A stretch of 64,000 nt of DNA from NCBI GenBank assembly GCA_964536205.1, contig CAZHVT010000001.1:69944-133943 (forward strand), written 5' to 3'. The notes beneath the pieces are model-generated. The model searched no databases. It saw nothing but the letters and a program-made list of their open reading frames with translations, and was not told where the DNA came from. Within the stretch, counting starts at the first letter, position 1. Every line of letters begins with the position of its first letter. A program made the translations under genes and the position numbers. This document shows positions 9,078-18,402 of the stretch, piece by piece. This DNA is from an uncultured Gammaproteobacteria bacterium (GTDB lineage: Bacteria > Patescibacteriota > Patescibacteriia > Magasanikbacterales > GCA-002688135).

Positions 9078-10790
9078 ATGGCATTTGGATTTGGAAAAAA
9101 GAAAGATGAGCCGATGATGACGGATTTAGAGGCTCAACAAAAAGCACTGGAGGAGAAGCGTAAATCTTTGGAAAAAAAAGCTGAATATAAAACTCCTGAG
9201 GAGCAGAGTTTGGGAAATCGGATGTTGAATGCAGTTATGATAAATCGTGGTTGGCGACAAGAGGTAAAACGGCAGGCTGCTGAAGATGAGCTGGATAAAG
9301 TTTCTAAGCAAGAGTCGCTTTTAAAGAAAAAACAGATGCGTAATGAGTTGTTTGAGGATTTGATTGAATTGGGTGGTCAGGCGAATGCAGGGGTTGAAGA
9401 AGCAAATCAGGAATTTCAAAATATTGTTGATAGTATTTCGACGCGGAATGAGGTTGAGGTTGATCAGGAGGCTGTAGCTGCTGCGCAACAGGAGGCAACT
9501 GAAGCATCTGCGGCTGCCACAGAGCAATTGGAAGCAGATTTACATGAGATTTTGGGGGATGAGGTTGAGAGTTATAAAGTTGATGTGATTGATGATGAAC
9601 CTGCGGATACGTATGAAGTTGATATGGAAGGCGAGGTTGGTGATTACACCCCAGAAGCTATTGCAGAGAAAACGGTTGAGGGTTTGAAGAATGCACATTC
9701 AATTAATGCGGTTATGGATGTCATTCGTAAGTATGATGGTATTACGAATGAGGCTGGCAAATATTATTCTGTTGCTGATGTTCAGGAAGCAATAGATAAA
9801 GCAAAAGACAATCCTTCTTTGGGGGATGGTCGATTTATTGATATTACGAGGGCTCATGGATTGCGTGAGAGAGTGAAGGCTGTGATTGATAATCCTGAAT
9901 CGCTTGAAGTTGATATGGGTGATGATGAGGCTGCTCCAGATTCTTTGGATATTGATATGGGTGAGGATGATGAAGTTGAGGCACCTGTGTTGTCCGCTGA
10001 TGAGGCGGCGTTGGCAGAAATTACTGCTGCTGCAGAAGAGGCATTTCCTGATGTGTCTGAAGAAGAAGATGCATTAGCATCGATTGCTGCGACTGCAGAG
10101 GCTGTATTTGGGGATGATGAGGTTGCGTCGGAAAAATCTCCTGAATCTTCTCTTGAAAAGAAAGACCATAAAGATGATTATTTATTATTTGATCGTGCGA
10201 GTGGATTGGTAGCAGTTGGGGAAGTTCCTCCGACAAGTATTAAGATTCCTGGGTGGCGTGCGAAAGTTGATTTTTCTGATAATAAGTCGTTGCGTAGTGC
10301 ACAAGATAATCAAGTGTTTGGAGATTTGGTTATTGATGAGTGGATGGAGACAAGAAAAAGTATAGCGAAAGAACAAGGTATTGATTTGGCTGATGCAAAA
10401 GTTGCGATTGGGGATCGAGCGGCTATGATGGAGCGTGTGAAAAATCGATTTTCAGAAGCGAAGTTGAAGTATCTTAATCGTGAGCGTCCAGAGCCTCAAC
10501 CTGAAGTTGTTGAGTTGGATAGTGAGTTGTTACAAGAATTACCTCCACCAGTTCCAGAATCTGCAAAAGCAATTGAATTGGATAGTGAGTTGCTGCAAGA
10601 ATTACCTCCGCCAGTTCCAGAATCAGTGCAAAATAAGCCTGCAGCTGAAGAAGAAACTGAAGTTGATTTGTTGCGTGAGCCTTCAGTTTCTATTGATCAG
10701 GCATCTTATGAGGTTGATGATGGTTCTGACGAGGAAGAGCCTCCAAAACCTCAAACTGGCGAAAAAGGGTCAACTGAACAAGCTGCATAG
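9078..10790 (+). CDS. Large acidic hypothetical protein with a duplicated ELDSELLQELPPPVPES segment
   Basis: 570 aa, very D/E-rich. Near-identical 17-aa repeat encoded at about 10507-10560 and 10573-10626. No TM segment. Confidence 0.5.
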   Translation: MAFGFGKKKDEPMMTDLEAQQKALEEKRKSLEKKAEYKTPEEQSLGNRMLNAVMINRGWRQEVKRQAAEDELDKVSKQESLLKKKQMRNELFEDLIELGGQANAGVEEANQEFQNIVDSISTRNEVEVDQEAVAAAQQEATEASAAATEQLEADLHEILGDEVESYKVDVIDDEPADTYEVDMEGEVGDYTPEAIAEKTVEGLKNAHSINAVMDVIRKYDGITNEAGKYYSVADVQEAIDKAKDNPSLGDGRFIDITRAHGLRERVKAVIDNPESLEVDMGDDEAAPDSLDIDMGEDDEVEAPVLSADEAALAEITAAAEEAFPDVSEEEDALASIAATAEAVFGDDEVASEKSPESSLEKKDHKDDYLLFDRASGLVAVGEVPPTSIKIPGWRAKVDFSDNKSLRSAQDNQVFGDLVIDEWMETRKSIAKEQGIDLADAKVAIGDRAAMMERVKNRFSEAKLKYLNRERPEPQPEVVELDSELLQELPPPVPESAKAIELDSELLQELPPPVPESVQNKPAAEEETEVDLLREPSVSIDQASYEVDDGSDEEEPPKPQTGEKGSTEQAA

Positions 10791-10852
10791 TAATAACTTG
10801 CGTTATTTATTGAGGTGTGATAGATTATGCCGCGTAATAGATAGCGTAAATT

Positions 10853-11395
10853 ATGAAGCAATACGAATACTTTTGCGTGGTTTCGCAAAGTTTAACAGAA
10901 GATGAAGCGACGACCTTGCTTGGGACTATCAAGCAGGCGCTTTTAGATGTTGGAGCAGAAAATGTAGCTGACCAAAATATGGGAAAGCAGCGTTTGGCGT
11001 ATCCATTTCCTGGTAAACAGGCTCATGGAACATTTGCTTTGATCGAATTTGATATTGATCCTGAAAAGGTTGCGGAATTTAAAGAGAAGATTCGTTTTGT
11101 GAAAGGTATTGCGCGATCTGTTGTGCGAGTGCGTGCTCCAAAGAAAGAGGTGAAGGAGCGCACAGGTACTGCATCAACATTTGTTCCAGTTGCTACTTCA
11201 GAAGTTACAAAGGCTATTGAGAAAGATCGTGAAACAGTTGTTGCTCCGGATATTGCGATTCGAACTGCAACTTCGGATGCACCCACAGCTCCGGTTGCAG
11301 AAGTTAAGGAAGAGAAGAAGCAGTTGACGCAGGAAGAACTTGATAAGCGAATTGATGAGTTACTTAATGAGGAAGTTACTCCAGAAAATCTTTAA
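10853..11395 (+). CDS. rpsF: 30S ribosomal protein S6 with C-terminal extension
   Basis: N-terminal about 95 aa (MKQYEYFCVV...LAYPFPGKQAHGTFALIEFD...) matches S6. Operon context rpsF-ssb-rpsR. Confidence 0.8.
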   Translation: MKQYEYFCVVSQSLTEDEATTLLGTIKQALLDVGAENVADQNMGKQRLAYPFPGKQAHGTFALIEFDIDPEKVAEFKEKIRFVKGIARSVVRVRAPKKEVKERTGTASTFVPVATSEVTKAIEKDRETVVAPDIAIRTATSDAPTAPVAEVKEEKKQLTQEELDKRIDELLNEEVTPENL

Positions 11396-11397
11396 AA

Positions 11398-11471
11398 GCG
11401 TTTAGCTTTTAGCGTTTAGCGATTAGTTTCATTTTTAAACGCTAAACGCTATACGCTAAAACCTAGTTTCT
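11398..11471 (+). repeat. Family-A intercistronic palindromic element (rpsF-ssb spacer): hairpin arms agcgtttagcg.../...cgctaaacgct, then a conserved ...acgctaaaacctagtttct leader directly before the ATG
   Basis: Near-identical copies at 12021-12092, 13413-13478 and 44430-44495, and in reverse orientation at 54335-54372. Each ends 0-3 nt before a start codon that lacks an AGGAGG SD. Confidence 0.7.
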
Positions 11472-12020
11472 ATGGCTTATTGCTTGAACAAAGCGCAGGT
11501 GATCGGGAATTTGACTCGAGATCCGGAAATGCGTCAATTGCCTTCGGGGCAATCTGTAGCGAATTTTGCAGTTGCTACGAATCGGTCGTTTACTGATAAA
11601 GAAGGTAATAAGCGTGATGATGTTGAATTTCATAATATAGTTGTGTGGGGGAAATTGGCAGAGATTTGTAATCAGTATTTGAATAAAGGTAAGAAGGTGT
11701 ATATTGATGGACGTTTGCAGACGCGCACATGGGATGGTCAGGATGGTGTGAGTCGTTCACGAACGGAGATTATTGCAGAGAATTTGATTATGTTGGATCG
11801 CGCTGGGCAGTCGTCTGGAAATTATCAGCAGAATCAGAATCAAGGAAATTATTCACAAAACAATCAATCACAAAATTTTCAATCTAAACCAGCAGCGCCG
11901 CGAGCTGAAGAGCAGCTTCCAACCATCTCATTGGATGACCCTGAACCACAAGGGTATCAGGGCAAGGGAGAGCCAGCGCCGCAGGGAGATAAAATCAGAA
12001 TCGAAGATATACCTTTTTAG
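11472..12020 (+). CDS. ssb: Single-stranded DNA-binding protein
   Basis: OB-fold N-terminus (NLTRDPEMRQLPSGQSVANFAVATNRSF...VVWGKLAEI), Gln/Asn-rich linker, acidic C-terminal tail ending DDIPF. Confidence 0.85.
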   Translation: MAYCLNKAQVIGNLTRDPEMRQLPSGQSVANFAVATNRSFTDKEGNKRDDVEFHNIVVWGKLAEICNQYLNKGKKVYIDGRLQTRTWDGQDGVSRSRTEIIAENLIMLDRAGQSSGNYQQNQNQGNYSQNNQSQNFQSKPAAPRAEEQLPTISLDDPEPQGYQGKGEPAPQGDKIRIEDIPF

Positions 12021-12092
12021 CTTTTAGCGGTTAGCGATCAGCGATTAGTTTCATTTCTAAACGCTTAACGCTATACGCTAATCCCTAATTCT
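12021..12092 (+). repeat. Family-A intercistronic element (ssb-rpsR spacer)
   Basis: gcttttagcggttagcgatcagcgattagtttcatttctaaacgcttaacgctatacgctaatccctaattctATG. Confidence 0.7.
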
Positions 12093-12308
12093 ATGGCATT
12101 AAAGAAAACCAAAATTTGTCACTTCTGTGTCAATCAAAAAGATATCGACTATAAAGATGCTGCAACATTGCAGAAGTTTTTGACGCCTTATAAATCTATT
12201 GTAGCGAAGAAGCGAACGGGGAATTGTGCGTTGCATCAGAGAAAAGTTACGAAAGCTATTAAGCAAGCACGAATTATGGGCTTGTTGCCTTTTGTTGGAG
12301 GACGGTAG
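12093..12308 (+). CDS. rpsR: 30S ribosomal protein S18
   Basis: 71 aa. CHFC...DYKDAATLQKFLTPYKSIVAKKRTGNCALHQRKVTKAIKQARIMGLLPF is a canonical S18 sequence. Confidence 0.85.
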   Translation: MALKKTKICHFCVNQKDIDYKDAATLQKFLTPYKSIVAKKRTGNCALHQRKVTKAIKQARIMGLLPFVGGR

Positions 12309-12321
12309 TACAGAATGACCA

Positions 12322-12445
12322 ATTTTCAAATTACAAATAACAAACAAAATTCAAAATTCAAAAAAGCGCGATGTTTGAAGTTTGGAAATTGAAGTTTGGG
12401 ATTTGTTTGCAAATTGTTATTTGGTACTTGTGATTTTCATCCGTA
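12322..12445. repeat. Family-E AT-rich long palindrome (caaattacaaataacaaacaaaattcaaa ... tttgggatttgtttgcaaattgttatttgg)
   Basis: Homologous copies at 21392-21516 and 28412-28540. Confidence 0.6.
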
Positions 12446-12449
12446 TGTT

Positions 12450-13412
12450 ATGACCTGGAAGAGGCTAGAAAATAATGATCTAAAAGAAAATTTGAAGAAA
12501 CGTGCCCAATATGTCCGGATGATTCGGGCTTTTTTTGATTCTGATGGATTTGTTGAAGTGATGACACCGCGGATGGTGAGGTTGGCTGGGCAGGAGCCAT
12601 ATTTAGATCCGTTTGTGACGAGTGTTACTGATGCGCAAAATAATTCGTATCAAGCTCGTTTGATTACATCTCCTGAATATTCGTGTAAGAAATTATTGGC
12701 GTCTGGTTTTGAGAAGATTTATGATATGGGGCCGTGTTTTCGCAATCATGAATCTTTTGGGGGTTTGCATAATCCGGAATTTACGATGTTGGAGTGGTAT
12801 CGAGCTGATGCGGATTACACTGATTTGATGGATGATGTTGATGCATTGTTGTCGAAATTGAAGGGTGAGAGGGTTGCGTGTGAGAGAGTTTCGATGAGAG
12901 AGTTATGGAAGAAATATTGTGGTATTGATTTGCATGATTTGCTCGATCGTAAATCTTTGGTAAGATTTGTGAACAATGCACAGCCGGATGATCGATATGA
13001 GGATTTATTTTACAGAGTTTTTTTGAAAGATATTGAGCCGAAGTTGATTGCACCGACGTTGGTGTATGATTATCCTGCGCAGATGGCGGCATTGGCGAAG
13101 TTGAAGGATGAGCATTATGCAGAACGTGTTGAGTTATATATTGATGGGATTGAAATTGCAAATGGTTTTTCTGAGTTGATTGATGGGGATGAGCAGAAAA
13201 AGCGATTGGAGGAAGAGCAGGAATTGCGAGGAGTATTAGGGAGAGATGTGTTTGATATTGATAATGATTTTCTTGATGCATTGTCATCGATGAAACCTTC
13301 TGCTGGGATTGCGCTTGGAGTTGATCGATTGGTAATGTGGTTATTGGGAACAAAAAAAATTGAGGATGTTTTGGCTTTTCCTGCTGGTTCATTATTTGGA
13401 GAGAGCGTTTAG
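12450..13412 (+). CDS. epmA: EF-P lysine aminoacylase (truncated class II lysyl-tRNA synthetase paralog, EpmA/GenX/PoxA)
   Basis: Class II aaRS motifs (ITSPEYSCKKLL, FRNHESFGGLHNPEFTMLEWY, GIALGVDRLVM) without an anticodon-binding domain. Sits directly upstream of efp. Start moved to the internal Met (MTWKRLENN) because the upstream part of the ORF overlaps a palindromic repeat. Confidence 0.75.
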   Translation: MTWKRLENNDLKENLKKRAQYVRMIRAFFDSDGFVEVMTPRMVRLAGQEPYLDPFVTSVTDAQNNSYQARLITSPEYSCKKLLASGFEKIYDMGPCFRNHESFGGLHNPEFTMLEWYRADADYTDLMDDVDALLSKLKGERVACERVSMRELWKKYCGIDLHDLLDRKSLVRFVNNAQPDDRYEDLFYRVFLKDIEPKLIAPTLVYDYPAQMAALAKLKDEHYAERVELYIDGIEIANGFSELIDGDEQKKRLEEEQELRGVLGRDVFDIDNDFLDALSSMKPSAGIALGVDRLVMWLLGTKKIEDVLAFPAGSLFGESV

Positions 13413-13478
13413 CTTTTAGCGTTTAGCGATTAGTTTCATTTCTAAGCGCTAAATGCTATACGCTAATCCCTAGTTTCT
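13413..13478 (+). repeat. Family-A intercistronic element (epmA-efp spacer)
   Basis: agcttttagcgtttagcgattagtttcatttctaagcgctaaatgctatacgctaatccctagtttctATG. Confidence 0.7.
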
Positions 13479-14042
13479 ATGGCAAAAATTGCAGATATTA
13501 GTAATGGACGTGTGTTGGATTATCGCGGAGGGTTGTATGAAGTTGTGGAATTTCAGAGTATTAGTCCTGGGAAAGGATCGGCGTTTTGTCGAACGCGCAT
13601 GAAACATTTGGAAACTGGGAAAGTTTTGGAGGTGAATTTTAAGGATAATGATGATTTTGAGGTGAAGAGTGTGCAACGAAAGAATATGCAATATTTGTAT
13701 AATGATGGTTCTGGCTTGGCGTTTATGGATAATACAACATATGAACAAGTGAGTGTTCCGGCGGCAGCTGTGGGGAATGCAGTGAAATTTTTACATGAAG
13801 GTCAGGAGGTTGTGGTGGTGATGGATGGAGAACGAGCGTTATCTGTTTCATTGCCAAAGAAAATTCGAATGAAGGTTGTGAAGGCTCCGGATGCAGTGAA
13901 GGGGGATTCTTCTGGGGGGAATGTGACGAAGGATGTGACGTTAGAAAATGGTACGATTGTGAAAGCGCCTTTGTTTATTAAGGAAGGGGAAATGATTGTT
14001 GTTTCTACAGAATCTGGTGATTACGTTGAGAGGGCGAAATAG
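13479..14042 (+). CDS. efp: Translation elongation factor P
   Basis: 187 aa with KOW-like N-domain and conserved loop SPGKGSAF carrying the modifiable Lys. Typical EF-P length. Confidence 0.9.
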   Translation: MAKIADISNGRVLDYRGGLYEVVEFQSISPGKGSAFCRTRMKHLETGKVLEVNFKDNDDFEVKSVQRKNMQYLYNDGSGLAFMDNTTYEQVSVPAAAVGNAVKFLHEGQEVVVVMDGERALSVSLPKKIRMKVVKAPDAVKGDSSGGNVTKDVTLENGTIVKAPLFIKEGEMIVVSTESGDYVERAK

Positions 14043-14118
14043 TTTTGAGTTAGCAGTTTTGAGTTTTGGGAGAAAGCGTTTCGGCGCTTTTTTTTATCGT
14101 GTAAAATTGCTAAAATGA

Positions 14119-16710
14119 ATGTCTATGAAAGAGTTGGAATGGCATCATGCGTCGATGAGGAAAGTTTTTGATGCAGTGGGGTCTGATAAAAAGGGGTTAA
14201 CAAAATCGCAGGCGAAAAAAAGATTTGCTCATGATGGTGCAAATGCTTTGCCTGAACCGAAACGTCCTTCGGGATGGTCTATTTTTTTCTCGCAGTTTAA
14301 GGGTTCGTTGACGTTGTTGTTGGTTGCGGCTGGTGTGGTTGCGTATCTGTTGGGGGAGGAATCTGACGCAATTATTATTGGATTGACGGTTTTGATTACC
14401 GTCATTTTTGGATTTGTGCAGGAGTATCGTGCGGAGCAAGCGTTTCGATTATTGAAATCTTTGTTGGCGCCGACAGCTCGTGTGATGCGTGGAGGTAGTG
14501 AAACGCAAGTTCCTTTGGGAGAGGTTGTGGTTGGTGATGTTGTGGTATTGCAAGCTGGTGATAGAGTTCCTGCGGATGCACGATTATTTGAAGTGAATAA
14601 TTTTGAAGTTGTTGAAGCGGAATTGACTGGGGAATCGGTTCCATCAAAAAAATATGTGAAAGTTGTTGATGTTGGCGCAGGGTTACCGGATCGGACGAAC
14701 ATGTGTTTTCAAGGTACAGTGATTGCATCTGGCGAGGCTTTGGGAGTTGTGGTTGCAACAGGAATGGATACAGAATTTGCGAAGATTGCGACGAAGCTTG
14801 GAGAGATTGAGGATCCTGTTACGCCGTTGCAGAAGAATTTGAAGCAGTTTGTGAGATGGTTGACTGGGGTGATTTTGATCATGATTTCTGTTTTGTTTGC
14901 TGTTTCGATGGTGAAGGGTGTTGGATTGGTGTTGTCGTTGGAAACAGCGATTGCGGTTGCTGTTGCGTCTATTCCTGAAGGTTTAGTGATTAGTGTTACA
15001 TCAATGTTGGCGTTGGGAGCGCGGCAAATGTTGAAGGATCAGGTTTTGATTCGAAATTTGTTAGCTGTTGAGACTCTTGGTGCAGTGACAGTTATTTGTA
15101 CAGATAAAACCGGAACCCTTACACAAGGTGCGATGGTGATGACGGAAATTTTATCAGCGAAGTCTGATGAGAGTTTATTGCGTGGTTTGTATTTTGGATC
15201 GGGAATTCGTATTGAGAATGCATCTGCAAAACCAGAAAAATGGAATTTGTTTGGTACGCCGACAGAACAAGCATTGTTTTCTTATGCAGCACAACATGGG
15301 ATGGCGAAGCATGAGACTGACCGAGTGAAAAAACGATTAGACATGATTCCATTTGATTCGCAGTATAAATATCGTGCGACATTGTATAAGCATGACGGGA
15401 AGCATGTCGCGTATGTGGTTGGTGCGCCAGAACAATTATTGGCACATTCGACATTATCCGCAGCGGAAAAGAAAAAATGGAAAAAGGAGATTTCATCACG
15501 TTCTGATTCTGGGATGCGTGTGATTGGTGCGGCTCGATTTTTTGTAGATAAGAAATGTAATTGTTTTGATGATGACGCGGTCGAAGTTTTGGATCATGAA
15601 TTGGAATTTTTGGGATTGGGTGTGATTGCTGATCCGTTGCGAGAGAGTGTTGTTGATTCGATTGCTCAAGCGAAAGAAGCTGGTGTGCATGTGATTATGA
15701 TTACCGGAGATAATCCCAAGACGGCTTTGGCGATTGCGCAGCGCGCGGGGATTGCGCATGAAAGTTCCGAGGTGATTGATGGTGCGATGCTGATGAAAAT
15801 GTCGGATGCGGATTTGCGCAAGAAGATTGAAAAAGTGTGTGTGTTTGCGCGGATTTCGCCGTTGGATAAATTGCGGATTGTTGAGGCATTACAGAAAAAG
15901 AAAGAAGTTATTGCGATGACTGGCGATGGTATTAATGATACTGCAGCTCTGAAGAAGGCGGAGATTGGTGTGGCTGTGGGAACTGCGCACGATATCGCGA
16001 AGCAGTCTGCAGATATGGTGTTGTTGGATAATAATTTTAATTCGATTGTTCGGGCGATTCGTGGCGGAAGGCGGATTTTTGCGAATGTGCAGAAAGTGGT
16101 GACGTTTTTGTTGTATGGGAGTTTTACTGCGGCGGTGGCGATTATTTGTTCGTTGTTGTTTGGGTTGCCGCTCCCCTTTTTGCCGGCGCAGATTTTGTGG
16201 GTGAATATTATTGAGGATGCGTTGCCGGGATTGTCGTATGTGTTTGAGCCGGCCGAACCTGAACAGATGCGGCGTGGGGCGCGGTCTATTGATGCGCCAC
16301 TATTGCCGCCTGTTTCGCGTGCGATTATTTTTGGTGCAGGATTGGTTTCGAGTTTGATGACGTTTGGGGTGTTTTGGTTTGTGTTGTGGTGGTCGCAGGA
16401 TGTGGTGTATGCACGGTCTGTTGCGTTTGTGATTTTGGGTATTGATACATTTTTTACGGCATTTGCTTTGAAGAGTTTGACCAAGCCGGTGTGGCGTATC
16501 AATCCGTTTAATAATATGTTTTTGATTTATAGTTTGCTGTTTTCGTATTCGTTGTATTTTGTTGCGTTGTATGTGCCGTATTTTCAGACGTTGCTTCGAG
16601 TCACGGCATTGGATGGAATTGCGTGGGCGATTATTATTGCTGAAGGATTTTTGAATTTGATGTTGGTTGAGTTTGTGAAAGCGCGGTTTGCTCGACAAAA
16701 GAAGGCTTAA
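14119..16710 (+). CDS. P-type cation-transporting ATPase (type IIA/Ca2+-Mg2+-like)
   Basis: 863 aa. Phosphorylation motif ICTDKTGTLT, TGES actuator motif (ELTGESVP), hinge MTGDGINDTAALKKAEIGVAVG, ten predicted TM helices. Confidence 0.85.
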   Translation: MSMKELEWHHASMRKVFDAVGSDKKGLTKSQAKKRFAHDGANALPEPKRPSGWSIFFSQFKGSLTLLLVAAGVVAYLLGEESDAIIIGLTVLITVIFGFVQEYRAEQAFRLLKSLLAPTARVMRGGSETQVPLGEVVVGDVVVLQAGDRVPADARLFEVNNFEVVEAELTGESVPSKKYVKVVDVGAGLPDRTNMCFQGTVIASGEALGVVVATGMDTEFAKIATKLGEIEDPVTPLQKNLKQFVRWLTGVILIMISVLFAVSMVKGVGLVLSLETAIAVAVASIPEGLVISVTSMLALGARQMLKDQVLIRNLLAVETLGAVTVICTDKTGTLTQGAMVMTEILSAKSDESLLRGLYFGSGIRIENASAKPEKWNLFGTPTEQALFSYAAQHGMAKHETDRVKKRLDMIPFDSQYKYRATLYKHDGKHVAYVVGAPEQLLAHSTLSAAEKKKWKKEISSRSDSGMRVIGAARFFVDKKCNCFDDDAVEVLDHELEFLGLGVIADPLRESVVDSIAQAKEAGVHVIMITGDNPKTALAIAQRAGIAHESSEVIDGAMLMKMSDADLRKKIEKVCVFARISPLDKLRIVEALQKKKEVIAMTGDGINDTAALKKAEIGVAVGTAHDIAKQSADMVLLDNNFNSIVRAIRGGRRIFANVQKVVTFLLYGSFTAAVAIICSLLFGLPLPFLPAQILWVNIIEDALPGLSYVFEPAEPEQMRRGARSIDAPLLPPVSRAIIFGAGLVSSLMTFGVFWFVLWWSQDVVYARSVAFVILGIDTFFTAFALKSLTKPVWRINPFNNMFLIYSLLFSYSLYFVALYVPYFQTLLRVTALDGIAWAIIIAEGFLNLMLVEFVKARFARQKKA

Positions 16711-16729
16711 TCTTTACAATGACTTTCGT

Positions 16730-17725
16730 ATGATTCAATTGAAGGAAAAAAGATACTTAACTGGTGATCGACCTACAGGGCCTCTGCATTTGGGGCATTA
16801 TGTGGGATCGCTGAAAAATCGTGTTGACTTGCAGAATGATGGCTGTGAGGGTTTTATAATTATTGCAGATTATCAGGTTGTTACTGATCGGTTTGAAACG
16901 GATGATGTTGAGGTAAATATTTATGAATTGGTGAAGGATTATATTTCTGTTGGGATTGATCCCAAGAAGACGCCGATTTTTGTGCAGTCGCAGATTCCAG
17001 AGTTGGCGGAATTGACGATGGTTTTGTCGATGTTGGTGACGGTTCCGCAATTGGAAAGAAATCCGACCGTGAAGGAAGAAGCGAAAGCGATGGGGGTTGC
17101 GAAAAAGATGTCGGCGGGGATGTTTGTATATCCAGTTTCTCAAGCAGCAGATATTTTATTGTTGAAACCAGATTTTGTTCCTGTTGGAGAAGATCAGGCG
17201 CCGCATATCGAATTGACACGTGATGTGGCGAATCGATTTAATAAAACATTTGGTGAGGTATTTCCTATTCCGAAGATTGTATTGTCAGAGAATCCTCGAT
17301 TATTAGGATTAGATGGAAATCAGAAGATGAGTAAATCTCGTGGGAATGCGATCAATCTTTCTGATGATGCGAAAACAGTTGAGAAGAAATTGAAAAAAGC
17401 TGTGACAGATTCGAAAGGGAAAGTTGCATATGATCCAAAAGGCCAGCCAGAAGTTTCGAATCTTTTGACGATGATGGCGATTGCAACAGGGAGATCTGAA
17501 AAGGATTTAGCGAAGGATTTTAAGGGTAAGGGATATGGTGTTTTGAAAGCGGAGGTTGCTGATGCTCTTAATGCATTTCTCGATCCAATTCGTAAAAAGC
17601 GTGCGAAGGTCACAGATGCTGAAGTGAAGAAGATTTTGAAGGATGGGAATAAGAAAGTGCGAGAGATTGCGAAAAAGACAATGGAGGATGTGAGAAAGGC
17701 GATGAAGTTTAAGTATTCTATTTAG
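16730..17725 (+). CDS. trpS: Tryptophanyl-tRNA synthetase
   Basis: HIGH motif (TGPLHLGHYVG) and KMSKS motif (KMSKSRGNAINL). Start placed at the internal ATG (MIQLKEK) to avoid overlap with the ATPase stop. Confidence 0.9.
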   Translation: MIQLKEKRYLTGDRPTGPLHLGHYVGSLKNRVDLQNDGCEGFIIIADYQVVTDRFETDDVEVNIYELVKDYISVGIDPKKTPIFVQSQIPELAELTMVLSMLVTVPQLERNPTVKEEAKAMGVAKKMSAGMFVYPVSQAADILLLKPDFVPVGEDQAPHIELTRDVANRFNKTFGEVFPIPKIVLSENPRLLGLDGNQKMSKSRGNAINLSDDAKTVEKKLKKAVTDSKGKVAYDPKGQPEVSNLLTMMAIATGRSEKDLAKDFKGKGYGVLKAEVADALNAFLDPIRKKRAKVTDAEVKKILKDGNKKVREIAKKTMEDVRKAMKFKYSI

Positions 17726-17739
17726 GATTGAGGGATGAG

Positions 17740-17762
17740 TAAAACGGCTTGTGCCGTTTTTT
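17740..17762 (+). terminator. Rho-independent terminator after trpS
   Basis: aaaacggcttgtgccgttttttc. Confidence 0.65.
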
Positions 17763-17828
17763 CTATTGACAAAGGTATAGTTTTGTGGTATTGTGGTTTT
17801 AGTTGTTTTCAGAATATAGGAGGTTGTT

Positions 17829-18278
17829 ATGAGTCCATCTACGGGTAATGACAAGTCAGATTCTCATGTTGAGCTTGGTGATCGTCAAGATGAATTGGAA
17901 GTTGTTCCAGGGCCCGTTTTGACGCTAGATTTAGATCTAGATGTTCCTACGGTTGATCAGACTGAATTAGATGCTGCAGAAACCGAAGAGGACTATATTT
18001 ACATCCTTTCTGTGTTTTGGCATTTCCTTGTTCGTTTTCGGTCTCATTCTGACCCGGATGCTGCGGTAGTAGCTCGAGTAAAAACTCATGTTGAATATGT
18101 GTTCACTGTTTGGAAGCAGAGACATGCGGAGTCGTTTCATTGGTGGCACAAGAAAATGAAATTGAAGTTGTTGCTTCGCAAGTCACATTTGTCTGATGAT
18201 GAGGCTGTTGAGCTTGGTCATCTCAAACAAGATGAGGCGCTTCTTGCCGAAGTTAAGGCGGGATGTGTGCGATCGTAG
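17829..18278 (+). CDS. Hypothetical acidic protein (149 aa), module-type gene
   Basis: Terminator 17740-17762, then TTGACA-17-TATTGT promoter (about 17768-17797), TAGGAGG RBS, ATG. No motif. Confidence 0.45.
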   Translation: MSPSTGNDKSDSHVELGDRQDELEVVPGPVLTLDLDLDVPTVDQTELDAAETEEDYIYILSVFWHFLVRFRSHSDPDAAVVARVKTHVEYVFTVWKQRHAESFHWWHKKMKLKLLLRKSHLSDDEAVELGHLKQDEALLAEVKAGCVRS

Positions 18279-18402
18279 AAATCATGTGATGATATAAATT
18301 TTTCAGAGTCGACACAAGAACATCTGAGCATATGCTGGGTGTTTTTTATTGACAATTATATATTTTGTTGGTAGGTTTTGTGTATTCGAAATATGGGAGG
18401 TT

